This document shows positions 14,967 through 27,646 of a stretch of 64,000 nucleotides of DNA, piece after piece. A program made the position numbers and the translations under genes. The notes below the pieces were generated by a model. That model was not told the origin of the DNA, made no database searches, and worked only from the letters and a program-made list of their open reading frames with translations. The DNA comes from Mobula hypostoma (Eukaryota). The stretch spans positions 23,748,001 through 23,812,000 of the forward strand of contig NC_086109.1 in assembly GCF_963921235.1 (NCBI RefSeq). Direction: 5' to 3'. Position 1 is the stretch's first letter, and every line of letters begins with the position of its first letter.

Positions 14967-15466
14967 CCCCCAGAGAACCTCCGGGAGTCTCCCACATATT
15001 AATAGTGGCTCCGTGATGCCTGCAAATTATATACAATATCACAGAGATCAATTTTTTTGAGAGCGAGCGAGAGAAAAGCAAGAGAGAGTGTGAGAGTGAC
15101 CACGAGAGAGAGCGAGCGCAAGGCGCCATGGCAGGGTGTTCCAAAAAAAACATAAAACGTACGTCACCCCAGACTTCACTAAAGTGTACCCCTGCCTAAT
15201 AGGGGTCAAAATAATGACAGTGTTGCTCGCTGCACTGTTTGCAACAGTGACTTTTCTATTGCCCATGGTGGGTTAAGACTGTAAAAGACATGCTGAGGTG
15301 AGTTTAACAGGTGTCATTCGTTCATTAGCATAGCTAACGTTATTTAAACTAGCTGGCCAGCTGCTATGGAGCTACTCGATTGCAGACATCCCACCTCTCC
15401 CGGAAGTCTCCCGCAAATTTTTGGTGCTACCTCCCTGAAATGAGTTTTTGCAGGGTGGGATGTCTG
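14967..15466. mobile_element. hAT-type MITE inserted in a Rex1 3' fragment
   Basis: 8-bp TSD ACTAACCC (14959-14966, 15467-15474); right TIR GGTGGGATGTCTG; left end eroded; internal TIR copy CAGACATCCCACC at 15383. Confidence 0.75.
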
Positions 15467-15569
15467 ACTAACCCACCACTGTACACCCCCCACAACCACT
15501 AACTTCGTTCTCCTTTAAACTTGTGTACCGGAATGAGATTAAAAAATCTTGTGACCCAAATACTTTTGT

Positions 15570-15810
15570 GGACAGCACGGTAGCGTAGTGGTCAACGTAA
15601 TGCTACCACAGTGCCAGCACCGAGTGCAATCCCACTGCTGTCCGTAAGGAGATAGTACATTCTCCTCATGACCACTTTGGTTTCCTCCAGATTCTTCCCA
15701 CATTCCAAAGGTGTACGGCTTAGTTAGTTAATTGGTCATATAGGTGTAATTGGGCAGTGCAGGCTCCTTGGACTAGAAGGACCCGTTACCATGCTGTATC
15801 TCTAAACAAA
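15570..15810 (+). mobile_element. V-SINE (HE1-like)
   Basis: CAGCACGGTAGCGTAGTGGT head, CCCACATTCCAAAG core, CATGCTGTATCTCTAAACAAA tail. Confidence 0.75.
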
Positions 15811-16005
15811 CTCTGGATTTGGAGGTTGACCAATAGACTACTAATGTAGCTGAAGCAAAGATCTTCTTAAATTTTAAGAGTTGGTTAGATAAATCATTAA
15901 AAGGAAGAAGTGAGGACAGATTAGTGCATGTGGATTCAGATGTTGCTCTGGTGGAGAGAGAATATCACTGTGGCCTGGATGGGTCAAAGAACCTCTGTCC
16001 GGACT

Positions 16006-16526
16006 TGTCAGGCCACTGGAGCAGGGATTCAATCGCAGACCCAGTACTGTGCACCCAGTGATATTAATTGAGTAACAAAACCCGAGGTGCAAACCAAGTC
16101 GGCGTCAAAGTTCGGGCAGAGATCAAAACATCCAGAGAAATCTGAAAACCAGAATCGGGAAACAGGCAGAGTCAATATTCAGATGGATAGAGTACAGGTA
16201 TGAATGCTGGAAAGGCTCAGGAAAATTCACTGGCACAATCTGAAAACAAACAGGTGAAAACACGGGACTAAAATACACTGAGCAATAAACAGAGAGGCAG
16301 GTGATAGGTGGAGCACAATGAGACAGAAGTGACAGCAAAACAGGAAATAATAAGAAACAGATGAGAGACAGAGTACTCAGTAATACAGGGGCCGGAGTAG
16401 AGCAGGAGCAGGGACAGGAGCACCTGGGGCATGAAAACAAACAAGAGCACATGGCAATACAAAACCACAGACTGATGGCTAGGGGAAAATACACACAAAG
16501 ACAAAATTCAACTGGAGGTACTGACA
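16006..16526 (-). mobile_element. Solo LTR (probably Gypsy)
   Basis: Termini TGTCAG...CTGACA; 5-bp flanks GGACT/AGACT (one mismatch); 521 bp. Orientation tentative. Confidence 0.7.
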
Positions 16527-16779
16527 AGACTGTAAATTGTACATGAAAACAAATAGCCAATGGTCCACACTTCATGGGTAATCTGAGATTAACCACTGGT
16601 TGGAGGCAAGAAAAGTAGCCATTCTCCAAAAATTACTTCTCACCAAACAGTACGAAAAGAATGGAGAAGATTCAAAGGTATGGGAAGGGTAAAAAAAATA
16701 CTTTTACTGGAAGCAATTAACATTTTTTATTCAGTATCAAGAAAAATGTCATCCCATCGTGGGTTCTGAAGAATTTAAA

Positions 16780-17364
16780 TGTAGCACAGTGTCAGGTTTC
16801 ACTGCTACTGTAATGGCCTCTCTGTAATGTTTCACTGCTGATGTAATGGTTTCTCTGTAGCAGCAATGTTTGGGTCATGAATGGAGATAACAGGGCTTGG
16901 AATGTGGGGGGGAGGCATCCAATGAGAGAAACGTTGTTTCTTGTGAGTCTGGAAGAGAGATTTTCGCGGTCTTTTGGTCGGCGAGAGAAGGAAGATGCGT
17001 GTGGAGAGAGAGCTGGGAGACCACCAGATGGAGTGGACTGGGAGCAAGGGTCCGAAGGTCGGCGACGCTCGGAGGTCAAGGGTTGATGAATGTGAGCTGG
17101 GAGCTCCAACATGCACTTTTGACTTTTGTCTTAAAAATGGGCCTCTTTCTTTTTATTTTCTTTACTAATCCTATTTTCATATTAAGATTTATAAAGTTCA
17201 ATCATTTAATTGCATGTGGTGTACTGTCTGATATTTTGCGGTGTGGATTTGTAACCGGGCAACACATCACGCAGCATCCACACGAATGAGATTTCTCAGT
17301 TTGGCGGGGCCAGAAGTTGTCTTCCCCTAGACAAACATGTGCTGGCCAACCCTAAGGGGTTACA
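16780..17364 (+). mobile_element. Solo LTR (probably Gypsy)
   Basis: TGTAGC...GTTACA termini, exact 4-bp TSD TAAA (16776-16779, 17365-17368), 585 bp, CpG-richer than flanks, CCAAT at ~16919. Confidence 0.75.
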
Positions 17365-19554
17365 TAAAATAGATTAAGTAGGTGGAAATTGGACTCAAAA
17401 GCTTTTGGATAAATGGGGAGCTTAATGCCATTCCTGAGTCTCTAGGAGGCTGTGATTGTAATGAATTTCCCTGGTTTTCCTTCAATCTCCATTACCCAAA
17501 CCAAAACCATTCATCATTGATGAATCCAGATGTTAGGCACCGGCACATGATTTTTACCTGAATCCAAAAAAGGTTTACTGTGCCACCTATGGAAGCAGTA
17601 CCTCAGTTAATTCCATCACAGGAAAATGTATAGAAGGCCAATGGAAAGATCAAGAGACAACAACAGCAAAATGCATTTATATTGCAACTTTAATGTTGTA
17701 CAATATCCCAAGGCACTTCACATGAGCATCAACAAACAAAAATCAACACTGAGCCACAAGACAGTATTAAAACAAGTGGCCAAAAGCTTGAATAAAGAGG
17801 TAGGTTTTAAAAAAGCACCTTAAAGTAGAAGACCAAGGCAAAGAAAGTTCTGGTGCGGAAGTTTAGATCACAAGGCCAAGCAGCTGAAGGCACAACCACC
17901 AATGGCAGAGCATTGGTAGTGATCAATGCTTTAGCATTCTTATAACAGCTCATTGACCTGGAATGTTAACTCTGCTGCTCTTACTACAGATGCTGACTGA
18001 CCTGCAAAGTATTTACTTTTTTCAGGCTTCCAGCATTGACAATATTTTGTCTTTCTCTGTCCATATTGCTGCACCTTCACTCCACAACATTTTGCCAGCA
18101 GTGACTTAGTGAATGGTATCTTTACAAGTCTTCACACTCTTTAGCTAACTATATTGGTGGTAGCATGGGCAAAACTATGATGTTAAGATTCCACCTCCCA
18201 TATAAAAGCAATATTACGCTGATAGCATGACCCAGGAATATTGCCCAGGAACACAAATACAATGGACTACATTTTCAAACAATGTCACGATTCATTCAAT
18301 TTGATTTTAGTATTACATACTAGCAATAAATTATCAACCTGGAGTTTGACAGGTTTATGAAGAGTAGGAACTAATGGGGGAAAGAGGCGTGTGTAGTCAT
18401 GGTGATAGTCCTATAAGTCAGTACAGAAGGAGGTGATTCAGGCCATTGAGTCTGTGCTGTATCTTTAGAAGTGGATTCCAGTTAGTCCCAGTTTCCCGAA
18501 CTTCTTTCCCCCCTAAAATCCAGCATTTTTTCCCTTCTCAATATTTTTAACCAATTCCTTTCTGAAGCAGCAACCTATCACAGAGCACTGCAATGTCCGA
18601 AGCACTCATTTTATAATTCACCATTACCATCTCCGGTTAATTTGCTAATTGCCTTGGAATTATATCCTCCAGCCTTTGCTCCATTATCCAATGGAAAGAG
18701 GCATTCCTCTCATAATTGTAAATTCTCTAATTTCCTCGTTGCTTTCTCTGCTCCAAGAGCAAGATGCCCCCATCCTTCTATTTTCCAATTATACTTTGGA
18801 ATCTATACCCACTATGCTGAACATATCCTCTTTGTAGATATATTTAATACCACATATACAGCTATGCTTTTGTGATCAAGTTGGAATGATTGGCAGGAAA
18901 GGTGTCACACCACCGGCAGATTTTTCAAATGTTTACCTGTATCACTAATTATACATGCTTCACTCTTAATAACACTTTTGTCTTTATGCTTTTAAACAGC
19001 AAAGCAGTACTGAGGAAATCCTATACCATTTGAAGCCGTGTGTTAGGCAATCAATCCAAATCCGTTCATTCTGGTCTTCATAGTCCTGATGAATGGTCAT
19101 TTGACCTGACACACTGACACCATCACAGTTGCTACCTGGTCTTTTAAGTAGTCCCAGTATTTTCTGCTTTATTCCAGTTTATTCTCTCAGGTGGATGTAA
19201 AAGATCTTTTGGCACATTTCAAAGAGCAAGGAATTAGGTGTGGTGGCCTGGCCAATACTCATTCCTCAACCAACAACGTTAAAACATTTTATCACAAAGG
19301 TTATTTTTGGAAGCTTGCTATGTGTAAATAGATTGCTTCATTTCCTGTATTGTGATGGTGTAACAGACTTAGTGTACAGTCACACAACATGGAAATAGGT
19401 CCCTCAGTCCATCGTGTCTATTCTGACCATCAGCCACTCATTTACACGACTCCTACATGCATCCCATTATATTCTTCCCACATTCCCATCAACTTCCTGC
19501 AAATTCTATCACTTACCTATACGTCAGGGACAATTTTCAGTGGCCAGTTAACAT

Positions 19555-19735
19555 AACAACCACAAATGCTGGAGGAGCTCGGCAGGCCAGGCAGCATCTA
19601 TGGAAAAAAGTACAGTCAACTAAGTCTTGGCCCGAAATGTCGACTGTACTTTTTCCTGTAGATGCTGACTGGCCTGCTGAGTTCCTCCAGCATTTTGTGT
19701 GTGTTGCTCAGATTTCCAGCATCTGCAGATTTGTT
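19555..19735. mobile_element. Penelope-derived fold-back insertion
   Basis: Inverted arms ~19562-19620 and ~19639-19698; the loop holds half a hammerhead (GGCCCGAAATGTC). Confidence 0.75.
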
Positions 19736-22719
19736 TTGCCCCAATGCACTGTGCTTCATTTCATTTTTAATATTTTTGTGTGTGTGACCATCTGAAAGGT
19801 CTTTGAAAAGTCCAAAAATTACACCTATTAGTTCATCCTTATCTAATCTGAGAGCTACAACCTCAAAAATTTCTAATCCATTTATCAAACATGATTTCCT
19901 TTTCATGACTCCATGCTGACTCTGCCAACCTTGTTCTTATTTTCTAAGTGCCCTATTACCATTTCTTTAATAATAGATTCCAGCATTTTCAATACAAGGG
20001 GCGGATCTGAATTTCCCTGTTTTCTCTTTCCTTCCTTTCAAAAACGATAGGGTTATATTTGCTATACTTGCAACATATGGAAAACATTTTAGATTGATGG
20101 AATTTTAGAAGATGACAATCAGTGGAAAAATCAACTTTTCTATCGGCACCCTTTCAAAACCATAAGATACAGACCATTAGGCCATGCAAATTTATCATGC
20201 TTCAGTTCAGTTCCTTTTTTGAATGTTAATATTTCACCTCCTCATTCACCCCAAACCCATAGCTATCCAATATTTCCTGGACGTTTTATGCCTTAGAAAC
20301 CATTTTCCCTTCCCAATGTAATTTCTCCTCTTTGTCTTTCATAGACCCACACTAATTTTAGCTATTTTTTACACATCTACATCAGGTCTTACAATCTCTT
20401 TTTTCCTCACTATATTACTCTTGTACCCACTCTCTTCTTATCAAGTGAACATCTCATCTTCCATCCAGATGAAAGGCTTTGACCTGAACTATTGACTGTA
20501 CATTTCCCTCGATTGATACTGTCTGATCTGCTGAGTGTCTCCAACGTTTTGTGTGTTGCTCCACGTTCCAGCATCTGCAGTCTCCTGTGTTTCTCTTATT
20601 AATGCCTTGGTTCTCTTTCTGCTGGATTCTGAAATATTCCCAATCCTCAGGCATATTACTGTCTTTTGGAATATTTTTAGCCTTTTGTTTTGATTTAATA
20701 TTATCTTTAATTTCTCTTGACAATCTGTACCATTTTTTATGGCTTGAATGAATAATGTTTCTCAGAACCTACATATTAATTCCATAACTGTTGGCCCTTT
20801 ATTTAATGTTACCCCTGAGGGATTTGGGAGTTTCACAGTTTGACATCCTAAGGAAGGAGCACTTCAAGAAAGATCTGGAGCAGCGAATCTTGATTTTAGT
20901 GTGAGGACATTGGGAGGAAGTGGAGTGCTTGGGGTGTAGCAGCATTGTAAACCGAGCAGCCCCAAACATCTGAACAACCTTAACTATTAATGTTTCATTC
21001 AGGAATACAAGAAAGGTAAAGTTAGCTACCCAAAAACTAAAAAAAAACAAACCTTGGCAAAATATTAAATTTGCAGACAACTTGATATAGCCCCGTTCAC
21101 AAGTGAGCCATTCTGCCTTGGTGACTATTGAATCTAGAGCATCATGCAGCAACTAAAAATATATTGTATCAAACCAGAATACACAGAAATTAAAACAACA
21201 CTCTTACTAATTTAACTGCATTCTGTTTCAGTGTTCTAGTATTTGAATAAACAACTAGTTCCAGTTACTATGTTAACTCAAGGAAGAGTTCACAGACTAC
21301 AGAAATCATTTAATTTATTAGAGCTGTGGTAGATGTTTGAAGGAGACACCTGATTGGTCCTATTCCCCTGTTCTTTTCTGCTACCATGCAAATACATCCA
21401 TTTAAATAGTTACCTAAATCTTTTTATAAAATTATTGCTGTGTCTGCTTCCAGCATTCTTCAAGACAGACATTCCACACGATAGCCAGTTACCATGATAA
21501 CCAAATACTCCGCTTCCCTTCTTTTTTTTAAGGTTTGGCAGCAGGGAGTACTGATACCGCATTATAAAACTTGTATTATTTTCTCATCTAATGCAAATTA
21601 GTTTCTATACATTTGTGTTGATAATATTTCCAAAGAAAATTTTATCACAGATCAAGGAGAGATTCCATCACCTAATTCACAGCTGCCATTCAAAGCACAT
21701 GGTCAGATGTAATAAAGGTCAATAATCTGAGTGGGTACATCCACTGAGCAGTTTATTTCCTTCAATAGCTACTGGACTACACAAAACAGTTTTAATTCCA
21801 GCTAGGTCAAAGTTTTAGGTAAGTTTCTTTAGGGTGAAGCAGATGGCCTTGATCAGACAGAGAGAGATTGGTCATTGCTCTTATTTAGCAAACCTTCATA
21901 GGCACAAAAATAATGAATGCTGGGGATGTTCGGCAGATCAGGCAGTATCCGTGGAAGAGGAAACAGAAGTAATGTTTCCGATAAACTATCTTTCATTAGC
22001 ACATTTTATCATAGTTCAGATAAAAGTCATCAACCTAGTAAGCTAATTCTGCTTCATTTCCTTGAAATGTGGCCTGAGTTGCTAAGTATCCCCAGCATTC
22101 TTTCTTTTAATTTCAGATTTCTGCAGATTTCATCTGCTGGATTATTATTTCTTCCTTTTTGCATCCTCAACTGGTAATTTGTCTGGAAGTGGGGGAGTGG
22201 AGAACTGGAGAAGGTTATGGAGAAAAGAAATACTTGGCTGTGATCAAGCACCTTCCTATATCTGCAGTTTAATTGTCTTTTGACAAGACAAAGATAGGCA
22301 ATGTAACTTTATTTGAATTTGGAGACCAGCAGCAGTGAAGGGAAGGGCCAGTTTAGTTGAAGGGGCCATTATAACATGAGGTGACCAGTGGAAGTACTAT
22401 GAATTCATGAGAAAATTGGACCTTGTTTTCTATATTTTTTCATTCTTCATAATAAACTTCACATGTGGGGGGAAAAGATCCCAAGAAGTCTGAAACCTAA
22501 AACCTGTTAAGGATAGTTTACAAGTTCTGGTTCTTCTGGTCCCAGTAGTGCTTGGTTGATTGATTGCAAGCAGCTATTTGGCTGGTTGTCCTGCCTGACA
22601 CTTAACACTTAGTGCAGCATTTGTTGGTGTGAAGTAGCTTGGTGATGGGGCAGCCTGTGGTATACAATGGGTATACAATAGGTGGTCCGACATAGCATTT
22701 ATGTTATATTAACTTTTTT

Positions 22720-22960
22720 TTAGAGATATGGCACAGTAATAGGACCTTCTGGCCCAACGAGCCCATGCTATCCAATTCCACCCATGTGACCAATTAACCT
22801 ACTGTACTGACCCGTACGTCTTTGGAATGTGGGAGGAAACTGGAGCACCCGGAGGAAACCCACATGGTCGCAGGGAAAACGTACAAACTCCTTACAGCCC
22901 GCGGCAGGAAATGAACCTGGGTCGCTGGTGCTGAAATAACATTATGCTATTGTGCCACCC
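22720..22960 (-). mobile_element. V-SINE (HE1-like), well preserved
   Basis: CCCGTACGTCTTTGGAATGTGGGAGGAAACTGGAGCACCCGGAGGAAACCCAC; tRNA-like head at ~22900-22960. Confidence 0.85.
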
Positions 22961-23050
22961 TGGTAAGGAAGGGTATTTTTCAGGTGGCCACAGGATGCAG
23001 TTTGCTAAACTCCCTCTCACTATTTTCCTCATGTAAAAGTTATTGTAAGT

Positions 23051-23133
23051 CTCAGCCCGAAACGTCGACTGCACCTCTTCCTATAGATGCTGCCTGGCCT
23101 GCTGCGTTCACCAGCATTTTTTTGTGTGTATAG
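23051..23133 (+). mobile_element. Penelope 3'-terminal micro-insertion
   Basis: 9-bp direct repeat ATTGTAAGT (23042-23050, 23134-23142); contains the 3' half of the hammerhead GCCCGAAACGTCGACT. Confidence 0.75.
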
Positions 23134-23877
23134 ATTGTAAGTACCATTCCTGTCCCCAGTCGTGTTAATAGGCTTCAAGCAAGAAGAAACAGCCGTCTCT
23201 TACTCTACAGATGGGATTCAGGTTTTCAAAGGAAATCTATGTATAAGTGAGTTAGATAGGTTGAACATCCTCTCCCATTGGAAACCAATGTGATCGTGTA
23301 CCACTGTCAAGCATAAGTAATGAAATTATTTTCTGCCTTCACTTTGTCAGAGCCTCTTAGTAAATCATTCACTGTGAGGCATAAGAGGTAGATGTTGACC
23401 TAGCAGTGTGAGGATTGGGAACATAAAACTAATCCCTCCTTAGCAGTGCTCACTCACAATCTGACCAGATTCACCTCAACAACTTTCTACCTACAACAGC
23501 TCTTCCTGCCCCACTTCCTGCGGGAAGCAAAGTCAGGATCGTATCCTTGAAGACTGAAGCTTTGATTCATAATGAAATTATCAGAAGAATATTCTAATGG
23601 GTAAAGGGGAATAACAAAATCCTGTTCACAGAAAGCTTTGGAAGTTGAAAAGTTTGAGCAACAATTGGCAAACCTTCTAGCTGACTAATAAAAAAATTGA
23701 AATAGATGTCACTAACACCACAGTGACATACGTCTCATCTTTATGTCTTGACAGCCACCAGGATGAAAGAGATTTCCAAACTGTTCCTTGCTCGTCGTCG
23801 AACCTTGAAGGTACATCATGACCAACCATCCAGTCAGACACTCATTAAGTCCTGGACGAGATTTCCAGAATTCACAT

Positions 23878-24131
23878 TTAAGAGGAGAAGCAGAGGCCAC
23901 AGCACTCCATGCAGATCTCCAGGCAGTCCGCCGACTCGCAGCACGCATCCACGATCCCGCAGTCTGGATCGCAGGGCAAGTCACAGGCCGCACATTCCTC
24001 GGAGCCGCAGCAGAAGCAGCAGCAGGAGGTGTCGGAGGTGCAGGAGCCGCAGGTCGCGCAGTCTAGTACGATATTGCACAGGGTGAGGAACTGGCAGAAA
24101 AGGCAGGCTAGAATACAGTGCACGCAGCAGT
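23878..24131 (-). CDS. MDFI: MyoD family inhibitor (I-mfa), terminal coding exon, Cys-rich I-mfa domain
   Basis: Acceptor AG at 24133-24132 after a CT-rich tract, phase 1. Encodes (D)CCVHCILACLFCQFLTLCNIVLDCATCGSC...CCESADCLEICMECCGLCFSS*, TAA at 23880-23878. The C-terminus GLCFSS matches MDFI rather than MDFIC (GICFPS). Confidence 0.96.
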
Positions 24132-24989
24132 CTAAGGGAGTGACAGTGAGAGAAAGAGAGATTAGAGTTGTTCATCACTTTGACTCTGACTAATAAAGAT
24201 CATCTACGTGTGTGTTCCATCTGCAGACAATATTAGAGCCAAGTCCAGTTCTATTCCCAGCCAGTGCACAGTGAGATCACAGGGCAGAGATCACGAGCAG
24301 AATCTACGACTGATCTCTTCTCTCTAATTTAGGACTTACTTATGGTAAATCTGGGTTCAGAAACTTTACTTATTTTCACACGCTCTAACATGGGAGTCAT
24401 TGGTAAGGAACTGGGAGAGGTACCTTGGCTAATAACCCTCCGTCTAACCCAAAGTTCAGCAGACAACATTAGAGTGCTGGAATCCTATGGATTTCCTTTC
24501 TTTCTAAACTAGGATAGCAAATCATGTACAGGACGCTTGGCAGATTTTCCGTCCCTCTACACGAGGGGTCAATGGATGGTAATCTGGAGTTGGGAATGGG
24601 CTTATTTCTGTGCTCCATCTAATAGAGTATGTCCTTAGTGTTACTTTAATTGACTGAGCAAGAAGTTCGGATTGTGTCTGAGCATGTGGAGATCTCAGAG
24701 CCTTATTTTGTTCATAAATTCCGTGTTTTCTGAGGTGAACTGCTTCCATCCATGAGAAAACCAATTTCTACTTGAAAATACTTTCTCACACTTAATCAGT
24801 GCTTCCAGCTTCTACCCCAATGGTTTCTGTGGCAGTGTTAAACCCACTGCACCCTAGTAACCACGTGTCTTCCTGGCAGTAATAGACTGATCAACCCTAA
24901 GTGCCATCCTGATTCAGTCCTCACTGACTTTCCAGTCTCATCCACTTTCTAGGGAGTCAGATAGTTTCTTAATGATGCTCACAGGCAGC

Positions 24990-25195
24990 TATTCTTCTTC
25001 TTCTTGGTCCCTTAGCTCCCATGGAGCATGGGCCATTGAGGACCTCCCATCTCCATCGTCCAGAGTCGATGGTATGAAATGTTTCTGCAATCCATTGTAT
25101 CCAATGTACGGGACCAGACTTATCCCTTTCCACTGCTCACGATGGAGACATAGGGTGGACTTGCTCGTGGGCACCTATGCTGCTAACCTATCCCA
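24990..25195 (-). mobile_element. Short SINE-like retroposon with (GAA)n tail
   Basis: (TTC)n at ~24992-25005, then a CpG-containing body unlike the flanks; A-box-like GGTTAGCAGCATAGG on minus at the far end. Confidence 0.45.
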
Positions 25196-25204
25196 CAAGA
25201 CCAA

Positions 25205-27380
25205 ATGATGTAGGAGCAGAAGTAGGCCATTCAGCCCATCGAGTCTGCTCTGCCATTCAATCATGGGCTGATCCAACTCTTCCAGTCATCCCCACTCCCC
25301 TGCCTTCTCCCCATACCCTTTGATGCCCTGGTTAATCAAGAACCTATCTAACTCTGCCTTAAATGCACCCAATGACAAGGCCTCCACAGCTGCGTGTGGC
25401 AACAAATTCCATAGATTTACTACCCTCTGACTAAAGTAATTTCTCTGCACCTCTGTTCTAAATGGACATCCTTCATCCTGACGTCTTGCCCTCTTGTCCT
25501 GAACTCCCATACCATGGGAAATAACTTTGCCATATCTAATCTGTTCAGGCCTTTTAACATTTGGAATGTTTCTATGAGATCCTCCCTCATTCTCCTGAAC
25601 TCCAGGGAATACAGCCCAAGAGCTGCCAGACATTCCTCATACAGTAACCCTTTCATTCCTGGAATCATTCTCGTGCATCTTCTCTGAACCTTGTCCAATG
25701 TCAGTATATTCTTTCTAAAATAAGGAGCCCAAAACTCCACACAATACTCTAAGTGTAGTCTCACGAGTGCCTTATAGAGTCTCAACATCACCTCCTTGCT
25801 CTTATATTCTATACCTCTAGAAATGAATGCCAATATTGCATTTGCCTTCTTCACCACCGACTCAACCTGGAGGTTAATCTTTAGGGTATCCTGCACAAGG
25901 TCTCCTTTGCATCTATGCATTTTGAATTCTCTCCCTATCTAAATAATAATCTGCCCATTTATTTCTTCCACCAAATTGCATGACCATACGCTTTCCAACA
26001 TTGTATTTCATTTGCCACTTCTTTGCCCATTCCCTTAAAGTTTAAGGCTTAAACTATCCAAGTGTCTTTGCAGGCTCTCCGTTTCCTCAACACTACCCAC
26101 TCCTCCACCTATCTTTGTATCACTGGCAAAGTTAGCCACAAATCCATTAATCCCATAGTCCAAATCACTGACATATATCGTAAAAAGCAGCAGTCCCAAC
26201 ACCAACCCCTGTGGAACTCCACTGGTAATCAGCAACCAGCCAGGATAGGATCCCTTTACTCCCACTCTCTGTTTTCTGCCGATCAGCCAATGCTCCACCC
26301 ATACTAGTAACTCCCCTGTAATTCCATGGGATCTTAGCTTGCTAAGTAGCCTCATGTGCGGCACCTTGTCAAAGGCCTTGTGAAAATCCAAGTACACCAC
26401 ATCTACTGCATCTCCTTTGTCTATCCTGCTTGTACTTTCCTCAAAAAATTGCAGTAGGTTAATCAGGCAGGATTTTCCTTTCAGAAAACCACACTGGCTT
26501 TGGCCTATCTTGTCATGTGTCTTCGTAATCTCTTCCCTAACAATCGATTCCAACAACTTCCCAACCACCGATGTCAGGCTAACAGGTCTATAGTTTCCTT
26601 TCTGCTGTCTCTCACCCTTCTTAAATAGCGGAGTAACATTGGCAATTTTCCCAGTCATCCGGTACAATGCCAGAATCTATCAATTCTTGAAAGATCATTG
26701 TTAATGCCTCTGCAATCTCTCCAGCTAATTCCTTCAGAACCTGAGGGTGCATTCCATCAGGTCCAGGAGATTTATCCAGCCTCAGACCATTAAGCTTCCT
26801 GAACACCTTCTCAGTCATAATTTTCACTGTACATACTTCACTTCCCTGACACTCTTGAACATCTGGTATTCTGCAGATGTCTCCTACTGTGAAGACCAAT
26901 GCAAAATACGCATTCAGTTCCTCTGCCATCTCTGCGTCTCTCATTACAATATCTCCAGCGTCATTTTCTATTGGTCCTATATCTACCCTCAACTCTCTTT
27001 TATCCTTTATATATTTAAAAAAGCTTTTAGTATCTTCTTTGATATTAGCTGCCAGCTTCCTTTCATAACTCATCTTTTCCTTCCTAATGACCTTCTTAGT
27101 TTCCTTCTACAAGTTTTTAAAAGCTTGCCAATCCTCTATCTTCCCACTAGCTTTGGCTTCCTTATATGTCCTCCCTTTTACTCTTACTTTGGCTCTGACT
27201 TCACTCGTCAGCCACGGTAGTGTCCTTCTTCAATTCGAAAATTTCTCTTACTTGGAATATATCTGTCCTGCACTTCCCTCATTTTTCACATTTTGCTGCT
27301 CTGCTGTCCTTCCTGCTAGTGTCTCTTTCCAGTCAACCTTGGCCAGGTCTCCTCTCAAGCCACTGTAATTTCCTTTATTC
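25205..27380 (-). mobile_element. CR1-type LINE, ~2.2-kb 3' portion with fragmented RT, in the last MDFI intron
   Basis: ORFs 26621..27073 (KSPGPDGMHP), 26035..26667 (GNYRPVSLTSVVGK, YLDFHKAFDKVPH, SGVPQG, FASDTK), 25420..25920 (LEYCVEFWAP), 25286..25633 (FSQRVVNLWN). Confidence 0.95.
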
Positions 27381-27572
27381 CACGAATTCCTTTATTTCTT
27401 TATTCCTTTTGTCTTTCACTTGTTTAATTTAGTCAATCTAGCGACACTCTTAAAATTAGGTTTGTGAGGAATAAGACTCTGAACATTATAGATATTTACT
27501 TAATCCAACACATTATAAGAAGCCACACCATAACGAGTTGGCCCCATTGTTTTCAGTGAGCATTTCTTTCTC

Positions 27573-27646
27573 CAGGACAAAGCTGAGGGTTATCTATATT
27601 ATTGCCTGCAGGATAAAGCTGAGGGTTATCTATATTATTGCCTGCA
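27573..27646. repeat. 36-bp tandem duplication
   Basis: CAGGA(C/T)AAAGCTGAGGGTTATCTATATTATTGCCTG x2, one mismatch. Confidence 0.9.

Noticed and set aside
16123..16629. 168-aa hydrophobic Cys-rich ORF resembling a membrane protein
   Set aside because: Lies largely within the solo LTR 16006-16526; reflects T/C-rich composition.
23748..24086. Protamine-like Arg/Ser-rich ORF on plus (RSRSRSSSRRCRRCRSRRSRS)
   Set aside because: Antisense shadow of the TGC/TCC-rich MDFI terminal exon; the composition follows from the Cys codons.
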